NCBI GenBank assembly: GCA_021735045.1 | Contig: JAIPHU010000019.1 | Coordinates: 1 to 14,369 of the forward strand | Length of the DNA: 14,369 nucleotides | Source: Candidatus Omnitrophota bacterium | GTDB taxonomy: Bacteria; Omnitrophota; Gorgyraeia; Duberdicusellales; 4484-171 | Reading direction: 5' to 3' | Shown here: positions 1 to 7,734 of the stretch, in pieces | Numbering within the stretch: position 1 is the first letter of the stretch | How the letters are laid out: every line of letters starts with the position of its first letter | Position numbers and translations under genes: made by a program | The notes under the pieces: model-generated | Database searches by the model: none | What the model saw: only the letters and a program-made list of their open reading frames with translations | What the model was told of the DNA's origin: nothing

Positions 1-774
1 AATTCTTTTAATTCTATTTTTTCTCAATTAACAAAATTATATGAAAAAATGGGGGGCCTAGATAAAGAGAGTAAAGAAATCCATAGCCTTACCAAAACTT
101 TCCAGAATATCTTAATACCTACAAAAAAACGGGGTGCTTTAGGGGAAAATCTAGTTGAGAATTTATTACGGGAAGTATTACCTGATGAAACTATATTAAC
201 TCAATATACATTTAGAGATGGTAAAAGAGTTGACTTTGCGGTGAAACTACCGGAGGCGCTTGTTCCCATTGATGCAAAGTTTTCCTTAGATACTTTTAGA
301 AATTATATAGAAGCAGATGAAGGTGAAAAAAAACAAAAACGCAAAACGTGCATTGAAAGCATAAAAAAAAGAATTTTAGAGACTTCTCAATATATTTATC
401 CGGATGAAGGTACAGTTGATTTTTCTTTGATGTATGTTCCTTCTGAGAGTGTATATTATTTTATAATTACAGATACTAATTTGCTAGATTTTGCCCGGGC
501 TAACAATGTATTTATTACGGGGCCAAATAGCTTATATATTTATTTAAAAACCCTATGTATCGGATTTAGAGCTTTAAGGATAGAAAAGAGTGCAAAGCAA
601 ATTTATGATATATTAGGTAGGCTTGAAAAAGATGTAGGAGCTTTCATTAAAGATTACAGGGTATTAGGAACTCATTTGCGTTCAGCAAGCTTAAAATACC
701 AAGATTTAAATCAAAAGATAGAAAGTGTATCACTACAGTTAAAAACTATCGAGAATAAAAAAGGTGAAGCTTAA
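1..774 (+). CDS. rmuC: DNA recombination protein RmuC, C-terminal portion (5'-truncated by window edge)
   Basis: Frame 1 is open from base 1, with no stop before the listed Met at 49, so the gene continues upstream. The translation carries RmuC-family hallmarks: KRGALGENLVENLL (RGxxGE), RVDFAVKLP..VPIDAKF, SLMYVPSESVYY and VFITGPNSLY. Stop TAA at 772-774. Confidence 0.8.
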   Translation, partial: NSFNSIFSQLTKLYEKMGGLDKESKEIHSLTKTFQNILIPTKKRGALGENLVENLLREVLPDETILTQYTFRDGKRVDFAVKLPEALVPIDAKFSLDTFRNYIEADEGEKKQKRKTCIESIKKRILETSQYIYPDEGTVDFSLMYVPSESVYYFIITDTNLLDFARANNVFITGPNSLYIYLKTLCIGFRALRIEKSAKQIYDILGRLEKDVGAFIKDYRVLGTHLRSASLKYQDLNQKIESVSLQLKTIENKKGEA

Positions 775-982
775 AGTTAGAGTTATTCCTAATGCTAAAA
801 AGATAAGAGTAAACTTATCAGATCAATCAGCAAAGGTGTATCTTACTGCTTCAGCTCAAGATGGTAAGGCCAATAAACAGCTAAAAGAGGTTTTAGCGGA
901 TCATCTAGGCATTAAAAAGAGAAATATTTCTATAGTAGGGGGCCATAAATCCCGCAATAAAACTATTAGAATAGATAAATAA
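764..982 (+). CDS. DUF167/YggU-family (UPF0235) small protein
   Basis: 72 aa. GTG start at 764 overlaps the rmuC stop by 11 nt. KVRVIPNAKK...LTASAQDGKANKQLKEVLADHLGIKKRNISIVGGHKSRNKTIRI fits the DUF167 pattern (V.P.AK ... dGkAN..L...L...v.i..G..sr.K). Confidence 0.7.
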   Translation: MKLKVRVIPNAKKIRVNLSDQSAKVYLTASAQDGKANKQLKEVLADHLGIKKRNISIVGGHKSRNKTIRIDK

Positions 983-986
983 TATT

Positions 987-1679
987 TTGTTTAAATACAA
1001 TAATTTTTTTGATAAAAAGATCAAATTAAAAAAAACTAAATATTGTTTTTTTATCGATAGTGTTTTTTCTACTCAGATAACCGCAGGGTTTACCAGTTCT
1101 TTTTTTACTGGCCAACTTCCTTCAGATTTTAGCCAGCTTTTATCATATATAGGTAAGCAAGCAAACTTTAGTTACATGGACCAGAGGCATTCGGCTGATC
1201 TAACTATTGTTGAAGAACCAGGTGTTTATAGTGTTGACGGTTTATTTAGTAAAGATAAGAACCATTTTCTGGTAGTAAAAACTGCAGATTGCCTTCCTTT
1301 ATTTTTAGCTAAGAAAGATCATTATGTAGGGATCATCCATATGGGATGGCGTTCAGCAAAAGAAGGGATATTAAAGAATATTCCTTTTGATTTAGCTGAT
1401 TTTAAGGTAGTAGCTGGCCCAGGATTACGAAGTTGTTGTTATCAGGTAGGAACTGAGTTCAGAAAATTTGGCCGAATAGCTTCTTACCTAAAAATAAGTC
1501 CAAAAGGAACCTTTTTTGATCCGGTTGAGTTTGCCAAGGATCAATTGTTCTCTAAAGGCTTAAAAAGAGAAAATTTTTTTGATTTAGGTCTATGCAGTTA
1601 CTGTTCAAAACATAATTTTTTTTCCCACAGAAGAAATAAAACCACCAAACGCAGCCTTTCTTTTATTGGAATCAAATAG
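987..1679 (+). CDS. pgeF: YfiH/PgeF-family (DUF152) protein, peptidoglycan editing factor / purine nucleoside phosphorylase-like
   Basis: Conserved family blocks: QRHSADL, VDGLFS, VKTADCLPLFL, GIIHMGWRSAKEGI, CCYQVG and CSYC..FFSHRR (the His/Cys/His ligand set). The listed start is TTG at 987 and there is no ATG until codon 64, so the exact start is uncertain. Confidence 0.72.
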   Translation: MFKYNNFFDKKIKLKKTKYCFFIDSVFSTQITAGFTSSFFTGQLPSDFSQLLSYIGKQANFSYMDQRHSADLTIVEEPGVYSVDGLFSKDKNHFLVVKTADCLPLFLAKKDHYVGIIHMGWRSAKEGILKNIPFDLADFKVVAGPGLRSCCYQVGTEFRKFGRIASYLKISPKGTFFDPVEFAKDQLFSKGLKRENFFDLGLCSYCSKHNFFSHRRNKTTKRSLSFIGIK

Positions 1680-1760
1680 AACAAATATTAAATTTATTTA
1701 TAACTCTTTATTTTTGAGATATTTATAGTATTTATCTCTAAATTAAGCTTTTATTTTAGG

Positions 1761-1774
1761 CCCAATATATTGGG
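1761..1774. repeat. Perfect 14-bp palindrome CCCAATATATTGGG upstream of the pilus-operon promoter (candidate operator or hairpin)
   Basis: Read directly: the sequence equals its own reverse complement. It lies about 60 bp upstream of the -35 box at 1833 in a 207-bp AT-rich intergenic region. No U-tract follows on either strand, so it is not a classical terminator. Confidence 0.35.
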
Positions 1775-1832
1775 GGTAAGCTAGATAAGTACAATATATA
1801 GTAAAATTATTAAAAATTATAACAAATTATAC

Positions 1833-1861
1833 TTGACAATAGTTAACATAGCCTTTTTAAT
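1833..1861 (+). promoter_or_regulatory. Sigma70-type promoter for the HTH/pilus operon
   Basis: TTGACA (1833-1838), 17-nt spacer, TTTAAT (1856-1861). SD-like AAAGGTG at 1876-1882 and ATG at 1887. Confidence 0.5.
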
Positions 1862-1886
1862 ATAAACATATACAAAAAGGTGTAAA

Positions 1887-2069
1887 ATGAAGAAAAAAAG
1901 ATTACCACGCTTAATGACTGTTGAAGAGCTAGCCGATTATTTAGGTCTGCAAAAACAAACTATCTATAATTGGTTGCATCAGAAGAAGATTTCTGGCATA
2001 AAAATTGGAAAAGTGTGGAGATTTGATAGAACGTATATAAATAAGTGGCTTAAAGATATGCAGAAGTAA
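1887..2069 (+). CDS. Small excisionase-family (MerR-superfamily) helix-turn-helix DNA-binding protein
   Basis: 60 aa. LMTVEELADYLGLQKQTIYNWLHQKKISGIKIGKVWRFDRTYINKWL matches the excisionase-type HTH pattern (t.eEaA.yLg....tvy.w...g.i...k.G..wrf....i..wl). Only a 3-nt gap separates it from the next gene. Confidence 0.75.
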   Translation: MKKKRLPRLMTVEELADYLGLQKQTIYNWLHQKKISGIKIGKVWRFDRTYINKWLKDMQK

Positions 2070-2072
2070 AAT

Positions 2073-3569
2073 ATGGCTAAAAAAGAAAAAATAGGATTAT
2101 ATTTAGGTGTAAATTCTGTAGCAGCTTCTTTACTAGAGGCAAAAAAAATAGTTACTACTTCTTGTACTGATATATCTTCTGATCAAGACTCAATTGAATC
2201 ACTTCAGGAGAATGTAAGGATTCAGGCTTCGTTAAACAAGATATTACGAGAAGCACATATAGAGGGTAAGAATATTAATCTATCGCTTGCTGATAGAAAT
2301 TTTATTTTCCGCTACCTAGAACTACCTTTAATGGGCAAAAAAGATTTAGAATCATCTTTATTTTTTGAAATAGAAAAATATATTCCTTTTAAAGCTGAAG
2401 AACTTCTTTGGGATTATCAATATGTTCAATCCAAATCAGATAAAAAAACAAAAGTATCCTTTATTGGGATACGGACTAGCAACTATAACAGAGTCAAAGA
2501 TATACTTTCGCAACTAGACCTATCTCTAGAGGCTTTAGAGCCAGCATCTATTTCTTTAGCACGTTTAGTTAAATCTAGCAAAGTTTTTTCAAAAAATCAA
2601 CATTTTGCTATTTTAGATGTTACTGATTATGAAGGTTATCTTACTTTTTTTCAAAATGAGTTGCCTGTTTTTAACCGCCATTTTGATATTTCCAAAAGTG
2701 AAGGAGAGTTTGATAAGGAGAAGTTTATAGAAGCTGTAAATTATTCTTTTCAATATTTTAGGAGAGAGTATAAAAAGTCTGATATAGAAAAAATTATAGT
2801 TATTGGTGATGTAGTAGATGATCAAACAGTTGTTTCTTTAAAGGAAACTCTGGGTCTTGATGTAGAAAAAGTAGTATCATCTGATTTATTTTCTTATAAG
2901 AAACAGTTAGCTATAGAGGAAATCAAAGCCTTAGGTGTTGCTCAAAGAGAAAATATAAATTATAAGTTTAAACCGATTTTAAAAAAAAGAGAAAAAGAAA
3001 TAGTAGCTGAAAAATCTAGCAGTTTAGATTTTACTACGGGGTGGCGTTATGGAGTTTTGTCTAGTGTGGCTGTGGTTGGGGCTATAGCATGTTTTTCTTT
3101 ATGGCTTCATTTTAATTTCAAGGTACTAAGTAAAGAGGAAAATTTAATTGCTCAAAGGAAAAACATGAAAATAGTTGATAATTTAAAGGGGTTTAGTAGA
3201 AAACAGATAGATGAGTTGGTGACTAAAAAAAAGAATCAGATTTCATATATAAAAGGAAGAGAATCGACTTATTCAAAAATTTGGCCATTTTTAAGATTTT
3301 TAGAACAAAAGAAAAATATTCCCGATCATCTTTGGCTAGAAAGTTTAAATATTAAATTAACAGAGAGTGACTATAAAGGCAGGATTTCCGGGTATGTTTA
3401 TTTTCAAGATAGTGTAAAAGAGAGTAAAGCAGTAGATAAATTTGTTAATAATCTAAAAAGTAATAAGGACATTGCTAATATTTTTTCTGGTATTCAATTA
3501 GATTCTGTGCGTAAAATGAAATTAAATACTTATCCTGTAACTAGTTTTGATATTAGTCTTGATAGATAA
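2073..3569 (+). CDS. PilM-like actin-fold assembly ATPase domain fused to a PilN-like transmembrane/periplasmic domain (GspL-like architecture)
   Basis: 498 aa. The N-terminus KIGLYLGVNSVAASLLE and the following ~290 aa resemble PilM. A basic linker follows (NINYKFKPILKKREKE, 2952-3000). There is one hydrophobic TM segment, WRYGVLSSVAVVGAIACFSLWLHF (about 3042-3119). The C-terminal ~150 aa ends in a PilN-like pattern: HLWLESLNIKL..YKGRISGYVY..SKAVDKFVNNLKSN..F..IQL. Confidence 0.65.
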   Translation: MAKKEKIGLYLGVNSVAASLLEAKKIVTTSCTDISSDQDSIESLQENVRIQASLNKILREAHIEGKNINLSLADRNFIFRYLELPLMGKKDLESSLFFEIEKYIPFKAEELLWDYQYVQSKSDKKTKVSFIGIRTSNYNRVKDILSQLDLSLEALEPASISLARLVKSSKVFSKNQHFAILDVTDYEGYLTFFQNELPVFNRHFDISKSEGEFDKEKFIEAVNYSFQYFRREYKKSDIEKIIVIGDVVDDQTVVSLKETLGLDVEKVVSSDLFSYKKQLAIEEIKALGVAQRENINYKFKPILKKREKEIVAEKSSSLDFTTGWRYGVLSSVAVVGAIACFSLWLHFNFKVLSKEENLIAQRKNMKIVDNLKGFSRKQIDELVTKKKNQISYIKGRESTYSKIWPFLRFLEQKKNIPDHLWLESLNIKLTESDYKGRISGYVYFQDSVKESKAVDKFVNNLKSNKDIANIFSGIQLDSVRKMKLNTYPVTSFDISLDR

Positions 3570-3581
3570 AAAGGAATTGAT

Positions 3582-4085
3582 ATGAGCGATATTTCAGAAA
3601 TGAAAGCAAAAGATATTTTAAGTTATAAAAATACTCTATTATCTGTAGTAATAGTCATTATTTTTGGGTTTATCGCAAAAAATATTACATCAAATTACAA
3701 CCAAAAGATGCAGTCTTTAAACCAAAAACAGAAAAAAAGGCAAGAGTATAGAGCGCTAATTGATCAGTATAATAAATTAGATTCGCAATTTAACAGGTTA
3801 GCTCAAGAATATTTTGGAAGTAATGGTGTTGCTTTAAAAAGTTATGTTGAAACAATTGCCAACAATCAGGAACTTCAGATTGATTCTTTACGCCCAATTG
3901 AAAAAAGAGAAAGATTTTATAAGATAAATAAATTAGTGATAGGTTTGAAAGGGCATTATCATGGTTTTATACGGTTTATAAGAAAGCTAGAGGATAAAAA
4001 TATAAGAATAGAAAGATTAAATATGAGACAAAAACAACAATCAGTTGATGTCCAACTGGATATAAAAACAATTAGTTTGCAATGA
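3582..4085 (+). CDS. PilO/GspM-like inner-membrane alignment protein
   Basis: 167 aa. N-terminal TM segment (LLSVVIVIIFGFIA), a coiled-coil-like Q/K-rich segment, then the PilO-like core FYKINKLVIGLKGHYHGFIRFIRKLEDKNIRIERLNM (G.Yh.l..Fl..L....ri..i..l.m). Its position after the PilM/N gene supports the call. Confidence 0.6.
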   Translation: MSDISEMKAKDILSYKNTLLSVVIVIIFGFIAKNITSNYNQKMQSLNQKQKKRQEYRALIDQYNKLDSQFNRLAQEYFGSNGVALKSYVETIANNQELQIDSLRPIEKRERFYKINKLVIGLKGHYHGFIRFIRKLEDKNIRIERLNMRQKQQSVDVQLDIKTISLQ

Positions 4086-4441
4086 AGATAAAAATAAGTT
4101 TATTATTATTTATGGTTTTAACTATTTCAGTTTGGGCTCAATCCGAGCATAAAAATCCGTTTGAATCAGGATTGCCCCAGGAAGAGTCTAGAGAAGTAGA
4201 AGAAGCTGGGCTTTTCCAGGATAGAGAAGAAGAGATAGTTAATTTGCCGGGAGAAATAGTTATAGAGGGGGTTTTATGGGGTAGTGATAAGCCTCAAGCT
4301 ATAATCAATGGAGAAGTATACAGTAAGGGAGATAGCCTAAAAAATAATAGAAGTGTTTCTATTTTTAATATTAAAAATAATATAGTATTTTTATCGTATC
4401 AAGACAAAATTTTTAAAAAAAAACCTAGAGAAAAATTTTAG
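4082..4441 (+). CDS. Secreted PilP/GspC(HR)/GspB-like secretin-associated protein
   Basis: 119 aa. ATGA overlap with the upstream gene. Signal peptide MKIKISLLLFMVLTISVWA|Q with no lipobox Cys. An acidic linker precedes a C-terminal beta-rich module, IEGVLWGSDKPQAIINGEVYSKGDSL...IFNIKNNIVFL, of the type seen in PilP/GspB-like proteins. It lies immediately upstream of the secretin. Confidence 0.45.
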   Translation: MKIKISLLLFMVLTISVWAQSEHKNPFESGLPQEESREVEEAGLFQDREEEIVNLPGEIVIEGVLWGSDKPQAIINGEVYSKGDSLKNNRSVSIFNIKNNIVFLSYQDKIFKKKPREKF

Positions 4442-4458
4442 ATTAAAGGAGGCCTAAG

Positions 4459-6000
4459 ATGAGAAAAATATCATTGATTATATTAATAGTTTTACTAGTT
4501 ATCCCGGGAGGGATTTTAGCCAAGGACGATATTTATAGCAAACATTTATCTGGTGATAAAAGTTCTGGTTTGATTTCCGATGAAATTTTCGGGGATTACT
4601 TATTGTTTAGTAAGCAACAAACAGTTTCTTTAGATTTAGAAGGAGCAAAACTTGTGGATGTCTTAAAGATGCTTTCTCAACAAACCGGCCTTAATTTTAT
4701 CTCAACTGAGGCAATAAGGGATAGGGAGATGACACTTTATATTCAAGATGTAGCTTTAAAAAAAGCGATGGATATAATCTTTGAATCAAATAATTTAAGT
4801 TATAATTTTTACCCCGAAGCTGAAATGTTTGTAATAAAAGAGATGGGTAGACCGACAATTGAACTTAAAACTAAAGTGTACCATCTAAAATATGCTAGAG
4901 TGTTAAGCTCAAATATGCAAAAAGAAATTGATCAAATTTTGGAAGAAACTAAACAAGCTGGCGCTGAAGGCCAAGAAGGCCAAAAAGTCCAAGCCGAAGA
5001 TAGAACTGGAATAAAAGAAGTTGTTGAACAAGTTTTAAGTGAAGTAGGTAGAGTTATAGTTAATCATGCTACTAATTCTATTATAGTTGTTGATGTTCCA
5101 TCTCAATTTCCTGCTATTGATGAAGTAATTAATAAATTAGATGTTCCCCCTGTGAAGGTTATGATTGAAGTTGAAATTTTAGATGTAGATAAAAGTGTAG
5201 TTGATAAAATAGGCCTAAAATATGATGGAGCTGTTAGAAGCGGAGTTTCGGGGCTATTTACTCCTTTTCCTTCTACTTTTAATCCTAATAAAGGGCCAAT
5301 CCCCTGGAGAACATCTACGGTGGATTTAACTGATATTGATATAATTGCGCAGTTTTATAAACAAGATACAACTACGAAAATTTTGGCTCGTCCGAGGATC
5401 TTAACTCTTAATAATGAAACTGCAGAAATTGATATTATAACTGATGAGGTTATTGGCACTAAAGTAGAGTATGATGATGACGGAAACATTCAATCAACAG
5501 AAGCCCAAAGAATCTCTGATGTAGGTACTTACAAAGGATCTGGTGTAACTTTAAGAGTTACTCCTCAGGTCAGCCCTTTAAGTGATGAGATTACTTTAAT
5601 CGTATACCCTTCGGTAGTAGATACTACTGATTCGGGGTTTGTTGATGAGCAAGGTAACGTTTTTAGGAATATTGAAGATAGGAGCACTCGCTCGGTAGTA
5701 AGATTGCGCAGGGGTGAGACTTTACTTTTAGGCGGCCTAATTAAAAATGATGAAAAAGAAACTATAACAAAAGTTCCTTTTCTAGGGGATATTCCTTTGT
5801 TGGGAGCTTTGTTTAGGCACAAAGATACAACTGGAACAGGAGATAGAGAGTTAATGGTATTTTTAACCCCGAAAATTATAGAAAACAAAGCTTTTGGAGC
5901 AGAAAAAAGTGGTATGGCTTTCTTTAAAAGAGAGCAAATTAATTCAGAAAAAGAATTTGCTGTTGAGAGTGCATTAAATAAATATATACGTAAAAGATAA
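4459..6000 (+). CDS. Secretin (PilQ/GspD family), short form
   Basis: 513 aa. Strong SD AAGGAGG at 4446-4452 and signal peptide ..GGILA|KDD. N0-like block: VSLDLEGAKLVDVLKMLSQQTGLNFI..MTLYIQDVALKKAMDIIFESNNLSY. One N1-like block ends ATNSIIVVDVPSQFPAIDEVINKLDVPPVKVMIEVEILDV. The secretin core includes ILARPRILTLNNETAEI, RLRRGETLLLGGLI, VPFLGDIPLLGALFRHKD and LMVFLTPKII. Confidence 0.9.
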   Translation: MRKISLIILIVLLVIPGGILAKDDIYSKHLSGDKSSGLISDEIFGDYLLFSKQQTVSLDLEGAKLVDVLKMLSQQTGLNFISTEAIRDREMTLYIQDVALKKAMDIIFESNNLSYNFYPEAEMFVIKEMGRPTIELKTKVYHLKYARVLSSNMQKEIDQILEETKQAGAEGQEGQKVQAEDRTGIKEVVEQVLSEVGRVIVNHATNSIIVVDVPSQFPAIDEVINKLDVPPVKVMIEVEILDVDKSVVDKIGLKYDGAVRSGVSGLFTPFPSTFNPNKGPIPWRTSTVDLTDIDIIAQFYKQDTTTKILARPRILTLNNETAEIDIITDEVIGTKVEYDDDGNIQSTEAQRISDVGTYKGSGVTLRVTPQVSPLSDEITLIVYPSVVDTTDSGFVDEQGNVFRNIEDRSTRSVVRLRRGETLLLGGLIKNDEKETITKVPFLGDIPLLGALFRHKDTTGTGDRELMVFLTPKIIENKAFGAEKSGMAFFKREQINSEKEFAVESALNKYIRKR

Positions 6001-6009
6001 GGTTAATCT

Positions 6010-7725
6010 ATGGCTAAATATAAAAGGTTAGGAGATATATTAATATCTGAAGGCATGATCACCAAAGAGCAGCTTGCTCAAGCTCTAAAGAAGCAAGAAG
6101 AAAGTGGGGGCAAGTTAGGTGAGTTGTTGGTAGATTTAGGTTATATTGAAGAAAAACAAATCGCTGTTGCTTTAAGTAAACAATTAGGAATAGCTTATAT
6201 TTCTAAAGCTTCAGGTAAATTAAAACCTGTTCCTGACCAAAACTTAGAAGAGTTAATTCCTCATGATTTTGCTATAAAGAATATAGTTTTACCTTTATCC
6301 CGCAGCCTTAACTCGATAACAGTGGTTATGGCGGATCCGCTAGATTTAATTTTAATTGATAATATAAAAAAGATGACAGGTTGTGAAGTTAATATTGTTG
6401 TATCCATTAAAAGAGATATATTAGAAGCAATTGAACAATTTTATGGAAAGGAAAAGATGCTTCGCTCTGCAATTGAAGCAAGCAAGGATGAAGATAAAGA
6501 AGATATAGGAATAAAAGAAATATCTTCAGAAGAAACTGACTTAAGTTTAGACAAAATGGTGGCGCAAGCTGAGGAGGCGCCGGTAGTTAAGTTGGTGGAT
6601 TTAATTATTAGGCAAGCGATTGAAGAAGATGCTTCTGATATTCATATTGAACCACATCATAATGATCTTAAACTTCGTTATCGAATAGATGGTGTGCTTT
6701 ATGAGATGCCTTCGCCATCAATTGCTTTATACTTGCCGATAATATCAAGAATTAAGATACTTTCTCGTATGGATATAGCTGAAAAACGTCTTCCTCAAGA
6801 TGGCGGCTTTATGGTAAGAATCAATAAACGCTTGATTGATTTAAGGGTTTCAATGTTACCTACTATTTACGGGGAAAAAGCAGTGCTGCGAATTCTTGAC
6901 AAGAGCAGAGTCCCTCTTGATTTAGCTAAGTTAGGGTTTTTCCCTGAAGAGTTAGAATTAATTCGTAAAGGTATAAAATCGTCTTATGGCTTAGTGCTTC
7001 TTACTGGCCCTACTGGTTCTGGAAAATCAACTACTCTTTATGCAGCTTTAAATGAAGTCAAAACTGCATCTAAAAATATTATTACAGCTGAGGATCCAGT
7101 AGAATATAGAATTAAAGCTATTAATCAGGTTCAAGTGAAACCGGAAATAGGTTTTACTTTTGCTAACGCACTTAAGAGTTTTTTACGCCAAGATCCGGAT
7201 GTGATTTTAGTAGGCGAAACCAGAGATTTAGAGACAGCTGAGATGACTATTCGGGCAGCTTTGACCGGCCACTTAGTTTTTTCGACATTACACACAAATG
7301 ATGCTGCTTCTACAGTTAATCGGTTAGTTGATATAGGTTTGCCGTTATATTTAGTGACAGCTTCACTAAGGTTAATTATTGCTCAAAGATTAGTTAGAAA
7401 ATTGTGTCCTAGTTGCAAAGAACCGTATGAAGTTAGCAAAGAAGACTTGCCGGAAGGAGTTGAGCTAGATTCCCAAGTTATTTATAAACCAAAGGGGTGC
7501 GATAAGTGTAACTCTATTGGCTATAAAGGAAGATCGGTAATAACAGAAGTGGTGCTTTTAGACAATGAAATAAAACGGGAGATCCATAGAGGTGCAACTC
7601 CTGTTGAAATTATGCAAGTTGCTAAAAAGAAAGGATCTTATACTTTATTAGAAAGTGGCCTAAAAAGAGTTGCTGAAGGAATAACCTCTTTAGAAGAAGT
7701 GCTTTCTGTAGCTTCAACTACTTAA
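6010..7725 (+). CDS. Type II secretion / type IV pilus assembly ATPase (GspE/PilB/MshE family) with N-terminal T2SSE_N (MshEN) domain
   Basis: 571 aa. Walker A GPTGSGKST (7006-7032), Walker B/Asp box DPDVILVGETRD and His box GHLVFSTLHTND. Tetracysteine CPSC...CDKC (7405-7509). The N-terminus carries tandem RLGxxLIxxG...Q motifs. Confidence 0.95.
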   Translation: MAKYKRLGDILISEGMITKEQLAQALKKQEESGGKLGELLVDLGYIEEKQIAVALSKQLGIAYISKASGKLKPVPDQNLEELIPHDFAIKNIVLPLSRSLNSITVVMADPLDLILIDNIKKMTGCEVNIVVSIKRDILEAIEQFYGKEKMLRSAIEASKDEDKEDIGIKEISSEETDLSLDKMVAQAEEAPVVKLVDLIIRQAIEEDASDIHIEPHHNDLKLRYRIDGVLYEMPSPSIALYLPIISRIKILSRMDIAEKRLPQDGGFMVRINKRLIDLRVSMLPTIYGEKAVLRILDKSRVPLDLAKLGFFPEELELIRKGIKSSYGLVLLTGPTGSGKSTTLYAALNEVKTASKNIITAEDPVEYRIKAINQVQVKPEIGFTFANALKSFLRQDPDVILVGETRDLETAEMTIRAALTGHLVFSTLHTNDAASTVNRLVDIGLPLYLVTASLRLIIAQRLVRKLCPSCKEPYEVSKEDLPEGVELDSQVIYKPKGCDKCNSIGYKGRSVITEVVLLDNEIKREIHRGATPVEIMQVAKKKGSYTLLESGLKRVAEGITSLEEVLSVASTT

Positions 7726-7734
7726 AAATAATCT

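Noticed and set aside
2613-2825. 70-aa ORF on the minus strand
   Set aside because: It lies entirely antisense inside the well-supported PilM::PilN gene. The translation is low-complexity (I/F/K/N/Y-rich), as expected from reading AT-rich coding DNA backwards. It has no SD or recognisable motif.
5565-5888. 107-aa ORF on the minus strand
   Set aside because: It is antisense to the most conserved part of the secretin core. It has no family resemblance and no start context, so it is a shadow ORF.
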